Source: a virus. Taken from it: a stretch of 41,102 nt of DNA. The notes under the pieces were generated by a model, which was given only the letters and a program-made list of their open reading frames with translations, was not told where the DNA came from and did not search any database. Each line of letters opens with the position of its first letter. The stretch's first letter is position 1. Location: UHGV virus genome UHGV-0210063; one strand, written 5' to 3'. Positions 8,767-17,167 of this stretch are shown piece by piece. The translations under genes and the position numbers were made by a program.

Positions 8767-9273
8767 TTCACTACCACCCTTTCGGGTGGCCTCCTGCTGT
8801 TCTGAGGGTGCAGAAATCCCTCCGGTTAAGGATTAAATTTTTAACAGTGCTAAATTTAATTATTCAGTTCTGGATTTTGTCACCCTGCGTATCCGTGCTT
8901 TCGCATTACGCTCAATCTGAATTAGCTTTTCTATATTTTTTCGCCTTTCCTGTTCCTCCTGGCGCAATAGTTTTACATCATCTGCCAGTCTGGTTTCTCT
9001 TTTCGCCACAGAGAGCATCCAGTCAAATGGCTCCACAACTGCACCGCAGATTTTACAGCGGACCTGACGCTCTTTTTCGTCAACCCGGACAGAAGCGTGA
9101 TGGCAGTATGGTCTTTCCTATGGCTCATAAAGAAAATTAACCTGATTACGTGGGTCATCCTCTTTTACCGGAAATAAAACAATATTACTTAACTCATCTT
9201 CTGGTTTTATTTCCATGCTCCTCTCCTTTGATGCGAATGCCAGCGGCAATTGAAGCCTGATAGCTAATTTCAC

Positions 9274-9696
9274 TTACAGTACCGCCTCCTGAAAATTACC
9301 CTGATAGAAAGCCAGTACACGCTGCATAGCTTCGCTCTTCCGGCACTCGCGACAGATTATATTCAGGCGCCTGTCGTAGCGGCGTATTTCTCCGTCTGGT
9401 AATGACCAGATAAGGTCCGGATCAACCGCAGATGGTTTCTTCGGCTTTGCCCTTGAGAGCTTTTTACGGGCATTTTGCCAGTCCTTACGCGCCTGTTCAG
9501 ACGGGAATAACCCGTAACCAGAGTTGTATACATCGCCACTGGCAACCAGCTCTCTGGCCAGAACGCTCATCAGATATCTTGTTGCCCCAGTTTTAGTTTC
9601 CAGTTGTCGTAACGTCTCGCGCCCACTCTGGCGTACGAGTTCAACAACCTGCCCTTTAATTTTTTCCCGCTCTTCTTGTGTAAAAACTTTTGCCAC
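9274..9696 (-). CDS. Hypothetical protein downstream of replication initiator (possible replication partner)
   Basis: 140-aa basic ORF after the O-like gene; no AAA+ or helicase-loader motifs seen. Confidence 0.45.
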   Translation of the reverse strand: MAKVFTQEEREKIKGQVVELVRQSGRETLRQLETKTGATRYLMSVLARELVASGDVYNSGYGLFPSEQARKDWQNARKKLSRAKPKKPSAVDPDLIWSLPDGEIRRYDRRLNIICRECRKSEAMQRVLAFYQGNFQEAVL

Positions 9697-9736
9697 AAGC
9701 CCTCCTGAAAATTACCTCATGACCAGAAATTAACAC

Positions 9737-10813
9737 TTACCCCCTGAAGCCCGGCGGAATTTCGTTATCCGGTTCAGAAATATGATTCACACAACGCTGG
9801 TTGTTCGTGCCGCTTACCGGGAGCAACCAGGGGTTCTCAAAATTCCGGTCCGGTCCAAAAAACGTCGTCGCTCGCTGAACAAATTCCGTTCCCGTTTTCC
9901 CGGTAGCCGCCAAGTATCTTGCGTAACGCCTCACGCCATCCAGCATGGCCTCTGGTGGCACCCCCTCGCGTAATCTGGCCTTCCAGGCACTGAAAGCGGA
10001 TTTCTTCGGGTTTGCTCCGGCACGCAACGGGTACTCCCGCCAGACCTGTTCGAACACATCCGGATAATCCACTCGTCCCACAGACTGCCCGGTGCTTTCC
10101 GGGACTACCCGATCGGCTTCCCGCTGAATGGCGGAATCGGCTTCAGGCTGCTGCAGTTGGTGTGATTGCTCCGGCCTTGCGGTCATCACCTGCTGCACAG
10201 CGCCCGAATCGGCTTTCAGCGCATACGCTGAATCGGCTTCCGGTGTCGTGCCTGCTGGCTGACCAGGATTGACGGTCTGAACATCCCCTGCCTGGTTCGT
10301 GGCGTTTTTTACGCCATGAACCATAGTGTTTTGATCTTCTTGATCTGTATCTTTATCTGTATCTTTATCTGTCGTGACTCGTCGTGACATGTGCGTGACA
10401 TTTCGTGACGCGCCGTGACAATCGCCATTTTGTTCCCGCTTTCTTTCCCTCTCTCGCTGCGCCCTCTTGCGCTCTGCAGGAGATTTTGCGGTTTGCGAAA
10501 TATTGCCGTTGTCCTCTTTAAGCACCTGGCGTTTTTCCCATCCAGTGATTAAATCACCATCAAGTACCCGCCCCTGCATCGTCTGCAAAATTGAATCAAT
10601 TACCTCTTCTGTCACGTCGAGCGCACTTGCCAAATCTTCTGTCGTGACATCAATGTGACCTCGCGTGACATTTCGTGACGCGCTCACCAGGAGGTGGATA
10701 TACACTGCCATCACTGTTGCAATTGGCTGCCCTGACACCCTGGCAATTGTTCGCCACTTAGGGTCATTTGGCATGTCATGCCATAATCTGAGCCAGGCGT
10801 TAGCCATACTCAC
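9737..10813 (-). CDS. Replication initiator, O-like (YdaU/DUF1376-like) containing the origin iterons
   Basis: 358 aa; N-terminus WLRLWHDMPNDPKWRTIARVSG; internal iteron clusters; position after cro/CII-like genes. Confidence 0.65.
   Translation of the reverse strand: MSMANAWLRLWHDMPNDPKWRTIARVSGQPIATVMAVYIHLLVSASRNVTRGHIDVTTEDLASALDVTEEVIDSILQTMQGRVLDGDLITGWEKRQVLKEDNGNISQTAKSPAERKRAQRERERKREQNGDCHGASRNVTHMSRRVTTDKDTDKDTDQEDQNTMVHGVKNATNQAGDVQTVNPGQPAGTTPEADSAYALKADSGAVQQVMTARPEQSHQLQQPEADSAIQREADRVVPESTGQSVGRVDYPDVFEQVWREYPLRAGANPKKSAFSAWKARLREGVPPEAMLDGVRRYARYLAATGKTGTEFVQRATTFFGPDRNFENPWLLPVSGTNNQRCVNHISEPDNEIPPGFRG
10343..10378. repeat. Tandem 12-bp repeat (ATCTGTATCTTT, about 2.5 copies)
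   Basis: Direct tandem copies; encodes DKDTDKDTD on the minus strand. Confidence 0.7.
10371..10420. repeat. Iteron cluster A (5 CGTGAC repeats at 10-11 bp spacing), putative ori
   Basis: CGTGAC at 10373, 10383, 10394, 10404, 10414. Confidence 0.65.
10611..10682. repeat. Iteron cluster B (3-4 CGTGAC repeats plus one inverted copy), putative ori
   Basis: CGTGAC at 10643, 10664, 10674, GTGAC at 10655, inverted GTCACG at 10611; shares a 20-bp exact repeat GCGTGACATTTCGTGACGCG with cluster A. Confidence 0.65.
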
Positions 10814-10878
10814 CTCTTCTGATACCGAATCTTTTTACTCACGAGTTGCCGGAAGCGATTCGATATGGCTATTATCAC

Positions 10879-11304
10879 TCAATGCACTGCCACAGCATTT
10901 CCTGCCGGGCCACCACGGTTCATCTGATTGAAACCGGCGATTGCCACTGCGACAAAATCATCGGCGTCTCTCACCAGTCGCTCCCGCGTCTCCACCAGCT
11001 CCCGAAAATAAGCTGAACTGTGGCTACGCATTCTGGCCACCAGCAAAGGTGGCATTGCCTTTTCGATCGCTGGTAACAACGCCTGAATTTTTTCAACTGC
11101 ATCAGGGGTGTCTTTCTCTACCCAGCGGAAAATTTTCTGGGTATTGCGAGCCAGGGCTTCCGGATGGCTGTCGTCGTACAGTTCAGGAAACGTCATACCC
11201 AACTCAAAATAAGCCTGGGTTATTCCAGCTGCCGGAACTTTTTCGCCATCAGGACGCGCCCAGGCATTCATCGCCATGCGGATGTGTTCATGCTTGATTT
11301 TCAT
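10879..11304 (-). CDS. YdaT-like protein (CII-like regulator of Rac-type prophages)
   Basis: 141 aa from internal Met (MKIKHEHIRMAMNAWARPDGEK...); directly follows the cro-like gene. Confidence 0.55.
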   Translation of the reverse strand: MKIKHEHIRMAMNAWARPDGEKVPAAGITQAYFELGMTFPELYDDSHPEALARNTQKIFRWVEKDTPDAVEKIQALLPAIEKAMPPLLVARMRSHSSAYFRELVETRERLVRDADDFVAVAIAGFNQMNRGGPAGNAVAVH

Positions 11305-11530
11305 GAATCCCCCCTTGGTTAGAAGGCGGATTATGATCAGAACCGGGAATGACAACCGTCGGTATGTGTAACTCATATTTGAGCGCCCCGGCAGTGACTG
11401 CCTGAATTAGCAACGCCCATTTCCACGGAACCTCTTCCCCCCACATGCTGACTGTGGTTTTTGACGTTCCTAGAGCTGCGGCTGTTTTAACAACTCCGCC
11501 AAAATAGCCTAATACTTCTGATTTTTTCAT
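11288..11530 (-). CDS. Cro-like / YdaS-like HTH regulator
   Basis: 80 aa MKKSEVLGYFGGVVKTAAALGTSKTTVSMW...; GGAG ribosome-binding site; divergent from cI. Confidence 0.65.
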   Translation of the reverse strand: MKKSEVLGYFGGVVKTAAALGTSKTTVSMWGEEVPWKWALLIQAVTAGALKYELHIPTVVIPGSDHNPPSNQGGIHENQA

Positions 11531-11621
11531 GAGTCGCTCCATAAAACTGAACGCCAAAAGTTTAATAATCAAAACCAAAGAAAGTCAAGAAACAAAACCA
11601 TCTGTGTTTTAAAATCAAAAC

Positions 11622-12260
11622 ATGAGCAAGCAAACAATATCTGAACGCATAACCCAACGTATGCATGCGCTAAACCTGAAAGGCAAAGACCTTGTCAATG
11701 CCACTGGCGCATCAAAAGGCTCCGTAAGTCAATGGATGAACGGTGGAGGAGCGCCGTCCTCGCGTTACATAAGTTCACTGGCAAAAATATTGAAAGTAAA
11801 CGAAAATTGGCTTCTTAATGGAGGAGAGTTAAATACAGGTGATTCGCTTGATCTATCTTTACCGCCGATAAAAACGGTTCCGCTACTATCACTTCAGCAG
11901 GCAGCAAGCTGGAGTGATTATATGAAAAATTCCTCAATAACCTCTTGTGTGCAGCTTGTCGGAGAAATCCCGGCCAATACCTTTGCAGTTGTTCTAGAGA
12001 GTGACAGTATGTCAACATCTGGTGGGGGAGTTTCCATCCCAAATGGTTCAACAGTTTTTGTTGATCCCGATCGAACCGTACAACCAGGAAATATTGTCCT
12101 TGCCTTACCCAAAGGGACCACAACACCTGTCATTCGTAAACTGGAGATAGAAGGGCCGGATATTCTTTTAGTCCCCACGAATCCTCGCTACCCTTCAATT
12201 ATGCTGGATGATCTATCTTGCATATTGGGCGTATGCTTTAAAATTCAACAAGATATTTAA
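11622..12260 (+). CDS. CI-like repressor (HTH plus S24 LexA-type peptidase domain)
   Basis: 212 aa; N-terminal HTH (GASKGSVSQWMNGG) and C-terminal domain; divergent from cro-like gene. Confidence 0.8.
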   Translation: MSKQTISERITQRMHALNLKGKDLVNATGASKGSVSQWMNGGGAPSSRYISSLAKILKVNENWLLNGGELNTGDSLDLSLPPIKTVPLLSLQQAASWSDYMKNSSITSCVQLVGEIPANTFAVVLESDSMSTSGGGVSIPNGSTVFVDPDRTVQPGNIVLALPKGTTTPVIRKLEIEGPDILLVPTNPRYPSIMLDDLSCILGVCFKIQQDI

Positions 12261-12334
12261 CCGACCTCATCTATTTGATTAACTGTATGCCATCGTGGTG
12301 ATGGCTTAACAGCTGCCTGCTTAAAATGTTTTGA

Positions 12335-12363
12335 TAAAAAAACATTGACCTGAAAAGTTCATT
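12335..12363 (+). promoter_or_regulatory. Candidate sigma70 promoter of the ydfABC-dicF-dicB operon
   Basis: TTGACC, 17-bp spacer, TAAACT; palindrome CCATCGTGGTGATGG at 12290..12304 may be an operator. Confidence 0.3.
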
Positions 12364-12552
12364 TTTCTAAACTTCATTCATTCCCTCTCCCCACCCCACA
12401 GAATGCAGGGCAATACTTCGAGTTACCAGGCAGTGGTCAGGGGTTAAGTAGCCAGCCTGAGGCGTAAGAACATGACGGCAGGGTTCAACTTTAATAACTA
12501 TGCAGCAGGTTTTTGTTCCGCTACCCCGGCGTTAAGGGGAAATGAGGTCAAC

Positions 12553-12708
12553 ATGGATACTATCGATCTTGGCAACAACGAATCTCTGGTGTACGGCGTG
12601 TTTCCCAACCAGGACGGCACGTTCACCGCGATGACGTATACCAAAAGCAAAACGTTTAAAACCGAAAATGGTGCCCGTCGCTGGCTGGAAAGAAACTCAG
12701 GTGAGTGA
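12553..12708 (+). CDS. ydfA: YdfA (DUF1391) of dicB operon
   Basis: MDTIDLGNNESLVYGVFPNQDGTFTAMTYTKSKTFKTENGARRWLERNSGE, matches Qin YdfA as recalled. Confidence 0.8.
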   Translation: MDTIDLGNNESLVYGVFPNQDGTFTAMTYTKSKTFKTENGARRWLERNSGE

Positions 12709-12709
12709 T

Positions 12710-12838
12710 ATGGATTTCGACACAATCATGAAAAAGGCTTACGAAGAATACTTCGAAGGCCTTGCCGAAGGCGAAGAAGCCCTCAGCTTCAGTGAGTTTA
12801 AACAGGCGCTTTCCAGCTCGGCAAAATCTAACGGCTGA
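12710..12838 (+). CDS. ydfB: YdfB small protein of dicB operon
   Basis: Hand-translated 42 aa MDFDTIMKKAYEEYFEGLAEGEEALSFSEFKQALSSSAKSNG; 1-bp gap after ydfA. Confidence 0.7.
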   Translation: MDFDTIMKKAYEEYFEGLAEGEEALSFSEFKQALSSSAKSNG

Positions 12839-12867
12839 TAAGCGAAGCAGCACCGCGAGGAATCAGT

Positions 12868-13086
12868 ATGCAGAAACGAGAACCCGTCATCATCGCGCCA
12901 GACTATACCGATGATGAACTTTATGAGTGGATGCGCCAGAAAATTAATGCAGCGCAGGATCTGAAATGGGCCAATGAAGCCAGGGCTAAGCAGGCTGAAA
13001 ATCTGTCCGCTCTGGAGCAGGATATCACCAGGCTGGAAAAAGCAGCGGCATTAAGCATTGCCAGAATGATTACATACCCGCGTTAA
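12868..13086 (+). CDS. ydfC: YdfC of dicB operon
   Basis: 72 aa MQKREPVIIAPDYTDDELYEWMRQKINAAQDLKWANEARAKQAENL... Confidence 0.8.
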   Translation: MQKREPVIIAPDYTDDELYEWMRQKINAAQDLKWANEARAKQAENLSALEQDITRLEKAAALSIARMITYPR

Positions 13087-13221
13087 TAGCTAACCAACGA
13101 AGCTAAGGTTGGTAATTAAGGAGTTCTCCACGGGTAAGGTGGAGTGCGTGCGCCGGACACGGGTGAGCATCCGGCACGTTCTTTAAAAATCTGGATAGTC
13201 CCAACTTATTTAAACGGTTAA

Positions 13222-13653
13222 TTATCTTGAGTTCATCCAGAACTTATTATTGCAAGCGGGGCAAAAAGTACGAAAATGAGCATCAAGGCGCATTATTTCC
13301 ATTGGCTGCAGTACAGATATTACCTTTTTTCCAAAACATTGTGGGCAAAGATGCACTGTTATCTCGGTATCGCCTATAAATTGCTTCTTGGAATACACAA
13401 GAGTTCCAGAATCAAGCTTGTTAAGTTTGTAACCTTCCGCCTGTTGCTGAAAGTCTTCTATCTCTGCAATTTTTGCTTTGAGAGATGCGGCTTCTTCCTG
13501 ATAAGAGCGCACCATCTCAATGAGCGATACGCATTCAAACTGAACAGACGTAAGTTTTGAAAGCATATCGCTGACAGCGGAATTTATCTCAGTTTGAGTT
13601 TTGGCATTCAGAATACCCTTTGCCATTACCGCAGTTTCTTTGATTGCCGACAT
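13222..13653 (-). CDS. Hypothetical coiled-coil protein with C-terminal zinc ribbon; antisense moron inside the dicB operon
   Basis: 143 aa from ATG at 13653 (MSAIKETAVMAKG...); two CxxC pairs (CPQC, CPAC); AT-rich; ORF track extends to a GTG at 13797, but a promoter lies inside that extension. Confidence 0.6.
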   Translation of the reverse strand: MSAIKETAVMAKGILNAKTQTEINSAVSDMLSKLTSVQFECVSLIEMVRSYQEEAASLKAKIAEIEDFQQQAEGYKLNKLDSGTLVYSKKQFIGDTEITVHLCPQCFGKKVISVLQPMEIMRLDAHFRTFCPACNNKFWMNSR

Positions 13654-13689
13654 TGCTGCTGAGAACTCAACTATCACGTTACTTACTCT

Positions 13690-13746
13690 TCTCGTTGTTG
13701 GGGATATCCGGATTATACAAATTTCTTGTTGTTGGGGAATAACAGG
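13690..13746 (-). promoter_or_regulatory. Candidate promoter of the antisense moron with flanking direct repeats
   Basis: Extended -10 TGTATAAT (plus-strand 13712..13719) flanked by direct repeats TTGTTGGGGA at 13694..13703 and 13728..13737. Confidence 0.4.
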
Positions 13747-13988
13747 AACCACCTCGCCTGATGTGGTTAAAAGCAGGCACACAACACGAAAGCGCACGGC
13801 GAGGCTGTTAGCTCATAAATGGTCTGTCGTTAAATTTTCGTCGACCGTGCGCTCTCGGTTGTGGCACTCCGCGAAATGGCGCGACGGTAAGTATGGCGGG
13901 GTTATTCCTTCCCCGTTGAGGACACCGGGTTGTCAGGTTGACCATACGCTTAAGTGACAACCCCGCTGCAACGCCCTCTGTTATCAAT

Positions 13989-14041
13989 TTTCTGGTGACG
14001 TTTGGCGGTATCAGTTTTACTCCGTGACTGCTCTGCCGCCC
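13989..14041 (+). ncRNA. dicF: DicF small RNA (ftsZ-targeting sRNA)
   Basis: 53-nt UUUCUGGUGACGUUUGGCGGUAUCAGUUUUACUCCGUGACUGCUCUGCCGCCC followed by T-run; matches recalled E. coli DicF. Confidence 0.85.
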
Positions 14042-14215
14042 TTTTTAAAGTGAATTTTGTGATGCGGTGAATGCGGCTAAGCGCACGCGGAACAGTTAAA
14101 ACCAAAAACAGTGTTATGGGTGGATTCTCTGTATCCGGCGTTAATTGTTAACTGGTTAACGTCACCTGGAGGCACCAGGCACCGCATCACAAAATTCATT
14201 GTTGAGGACGCGATA

Positions 14216-14404
14216 ATGGAAACGTTATTACCAAACGTTAATACGTCTGAAGGCTGTTTTGAAATTGGCGTCACTATCAGTAACCCTGTATTTACTGAAG
14301 ATGCCATTAACAAGAGAAAACACGAACGGGAGTTATTAAATAAAATATGCATTCTTTCAATGCTGGCCCGTTTACGTCCGATACAAAAAGGATGCTGGCA
14401 ATGA
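14216..14404 (+). CDS. dicB: Cell division inhibitor DicB
   Basis: 62 aa METLLPNVNTSEGCFEIGVTISNPVFTEDAINKRK...; internal start of ORF 14111..14404. Confidence 0.85.
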   Translation: METLLPNVNTSEGCFEIGVTISNPVFTEDAINKRKHERELLNKICILSMLARLRPIQKGCWQ

Positions 14405-14589
14405 ATCCAGTATTTGCACTTATTCTGACGGTTTTTCTTGTTTCCGGAGAGCCAGTTGATATTGCAGTCAGTGTTCACAGAACAATGCAGGAATGTATGG
14501 CCGCAGCAACCGAACAGAAAATTCCAGGCAACTGTTATCAGGTCGATAAAGTTATTCACCAGGATAACGAAATCCCGGCAGGATTTTAA
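14392..14589 (+). CDS. ydfD: YdfD-like small membrane protein
   Basis: MLAMNPVFALILTVFLVSGEPVDIAVSVHRTMQECMAAATEQ...; overlaps dicB stop. Confidence 0.7.
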   Translation: MLAMNPVFALILTVFLVSGEPVDIAVSVHRTMQECMAAATEQKIPGNCYQVDKVIHQDNEIPAGF

Positions 14590-14682
14590 AACAGCACCGT
14601 AATAAATATCCAGTTTCATTCTTATATGTCAGCAATGGCAGAGATTTGTTCACCCTTAAATCTGTGATGAGGTTTATCAATA

Positions 14683-17109
14683 ATGAGCACTGATAAAGAA
14701 GAATTTGCACTATATTGCGAAGCAAAAAATGACAAAGTAAGAAAACGCCTGGGAATTAAAGGTGGTTTTTACTGGACTACAGCAAAAAAATTATCTGTTG
14801 CAATCTCCCGCTGCATTACCGCAATGGATGACAACGATTATGATGAAGACGACTTTAAAAAACCCGTCCGCGTCAATTTGCCCGTTGTTGACGACCTTCC
14901 GCCAGAAGGCGTGTTTGATACTGAATTCTGCAACCGCTATGAAAAAGGCGGGAAAGATGGCATCACAATGACATTTATCGGCCCTTCCCCCTCTGTTCAG
15001 GACAAACCAGCCAGCACTGACAATACCAACATCAACGGCGAAGACATGACTGAGATTGAGGAGAGCATGCTTCTGCCTGTCTCCGGTCAGGAACTGCCCA
15101 TTCGTTGGCTTGCTCAACACGGCAGCGAAAAACCAGTAACGCACGTTTCACGCGACGAACTCCAGGCATTACACATTGCACGGGCTGAAGAACTACCGGC
15201 TGTTACTGCCCTGGCTATTTCGCATAAAACCAGTCTGCTCGACTCGCTGGAGATTCGCGACCTCCACAAACTGGTTCGTGACACTGACAAAGTTTTCCCT
15301 AATCCTGGTAATTCAGACCTGGGACTAATAACTGCTTTTTTCGAAGCATACCTGGACGCTGACTACACTGATCGGGGGCTGCTGACAAAAGAGTGGATGA
15401 AAGGAAATCGTGTTTCACGCATCATCCGCACGGCTTCCGGTGCTAATGCTGGCGGTGGGAACAAAACCGATCGCAATCCGAATTTAGTACACACCCTAGA
15501 CACACTGGATGTGGAGATTGCAGCAGCCACACTTCCGATGGATTTTAATATTTATGAAATTCCGGGCAGCGTTTATCGTCGCGCAAAAGAAGTAGTCCTG
15601 AAAAAAGAAAGTCCGTTCAAAGAATGGTCCGCAGCACTTCGTGCAACCCCGGGTATTCTGGACTATTCCCGCGCCGCTATTTTTGCACTTATCCGAAGCG
15701 CACACCCTGAATTTTATCACTACCCGGGACGCCTTCAGGGGTATATCAACGCCTATTTGACGGAAACTGATCACGAGAACCCCAGCAAGGAAACTCTCAC
15801 AGCTGCCCGGCATACGCCGGAAAAAGATATCCTGGAAGAAATTAACCGCGAGGTGGTTACTGAACGTGAAACAGAAGAAGAAAAACCACAACCATCTGAC
15901 GCAATGGCAGGTGAACAGGCAACAACTGAAACAATGGAACCGGCTACAACTGAACATTGCCAGAACGCTCAGTCGCAGGTGAGTTCCGCTAACCAAGTAA
16001 AAGTCACCGCTGACGAAGTAAACAAAATTATGCAGGCAGCCAATATCAGCCAGCCTGACGCCGATAAGTTACTTGCTTTATCGCGTGATGAATTTGTTGA
16101 GGGGATTAGCGACCCTAATGATCCGAAATGGGTCAAGGGGATCCAGACTCGCGATTCTGTGAACCAGAACCAGCATGAATCGGAACGGAACGACCAAAAA
16201 GCGGAACAAAACAGCCCAAATGCGTTACAAAACGAGCCAGAAACGAAACAATCCGAACCAGTAGCGCAACAGGAACCGGAAAAAGTCTGCACCGCCTGCG
16301 GTCAGAGCGGTGGCGGCAACTGCCCTGATTGTGGCGCGGTGATGGGCGACGCAACATACCAGGAAACATTCGATGAAGAGAATCAGGTTGAAGTTCAGGA
16401 AAATGATCCGGAGGAAATGGAAGGCGCTGAACATCCACACAAGGAGAACCCTGGCGGCAATCAGCATCACGCCAGCGATAATAAAACTGGCGAGGCGACA
16501 GATCCCTTAATTAAGGTGAATGGTCATCATAAGCTCACATCCACCAGCAGAGCGGGGATTCATCTGATGATCGACCTTGAAACCATGGGAAAAAATCCCG
16601 ATGCCCCGATTATCTCAATAGGCGCAATATTTTTCGATCCACAAACCGGAGATATGGGACCGGAATTTAGCAAGACCATCGATCTGGATACTGCTGGCGG
16701 AGTCATTGATCGTGACGTCATTAAATGGTGGCTGAAGCAATCACGTGAGGCGCAGTCTGCCATTATGACCGATGAAATCCCGTTAGATGATGCACTACTG
16801 CAATTGCGGGAATTTATCGACGAAAACTCCGGTGAATTTTTTGTTCAGGTCTGGGGTAATGGGGCCAACTTCGACAACGTGATTTTACGCCGTTCATACG
16901 AACGACAGGGTATCCCCTGCCCGTGGCGCTACTGCAACGATCGCGATGTACGCACAATCGTTGAGCTGGGGAAAGCCATAGACTTCGATGCCAGAACTGC
17001 TATCCCATTCGAAGGTGAGCGCCATAATGCACTTGATGACGCTCGTTACCAGGCAAAATACGTTTCAGCTATCTGGCAAAAACTGATCCCGAGTCAGGCT
17101 GATTTTTAA
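14683..17109 (+). CDS. Large early protein with C-terminal DEDDh (DnaQ-like) 3'-5' exonuclease domain (prophage 'exonuclease VIII-like' family)
   Basis: 808 aa; C-terminus HLMIDLETMG...WGNGANFDNVIL...HNALDDARYQAKY; acidic middle region with CTACGQSGGGNCPDCGAV zinc ribbon; upstream of xis/int. Confidence 0.6.
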   Translation: MSTDKEEFALYCEAKNDKVRKRLGIKGGFYWTTAKKLSVAISRCITAMDDNDYDEDDFKKPVRVNLPVVDDLPPEGVFDTEFCNRYEKGGKDGITMTFIGPSPSVQDKPASTDNTNINGEDMTEIEESMLLPVSGQELPIRWLAQHGSEKPVTHVSRDELQALHIARAEELPAVTALAISHKTSLLDSLEIRDLHKLVRDTDKVFPNPGNSDLGLITAFFEAYLDADYTDRGLLTKEWMKGNRVSRIIRTASGANAGGGNKTDRNPNLVHTLDTLDVEIAAATLPMDFNIYEIPGSVYRRAKEVVLKKESPFKEWSAALRATPGILDYSRAAIFALIRSAHPEFYHYPGRLQGYINAYLTETDHENPSKETLTAARHTPEKDILEEINREVVTERETEEEKPQPSDAMAGEQATTETMEPATTEHCQNAQSQVSSANQVKVTADEVNKIMQAANISQPDADKLLALSRDEFVEGISDPNDPKWVKGIQTRDSVNQNQHESERNDQKAEQNSPNALQNEPETKQSEPVAQQEPEKVCTACGQSGGGNCPDCGAVMGDATYQETFDEENQVEVQENDPEEMEGAEHPHKENPGGNQHHASDNKTGEATDPLIKVNGHHKLTSTSRAGIHLMIDLETMGKNPDAPIISIGAIFFDPQTGDMGPEFSKTIDLDTAGGVIDRDVIKWWLKQSREAQSAIMTDEIPLDDALLQLREFIDENSGEFFVQVWGNGANFDNVILRRSYERQGIPCPWRYCNDRDVRTIVELGKAIDFDARTAIPFEGERHNALDDARYQAKYVSAIWQKLIPSQADF

Positions 17110-17167
17110 TGTTCAACCCTAATTGCCGCTAACCGTATATAGTTAGCGGCGGTTATGAGATATAGCT

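Noticed and set aside
8808-9158. 110-aa plus-strand ORF and 61-aa minus-strand ORF 8973..9158
   Set aside because: Poor, low-complexity translations; a different minus-strand frame (about 8860..9018, basic helical 52 aa) looks more protein-like but is too short and start-ambiguous to call.
10343-10682. CRISPR-like array
   Set aside because: Repeats are 6-20 bp iterons at helical spacing inside a replication gene, not 28-37 bp repeats with unique spacers; no cas genes in the window.
13601-13957. 118-aa plus-strand ORF
   Set aside because: Overlaps the promoter and N-terminus of the antisense gene and the GC-rich dicF leader; no ribosome-binding site.
14077-14619. 180-aa minus-strand Cys-rich ORF
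   Set aside because: Antisense to the recognisable dicB and ydfD genes; composition not protein-like.
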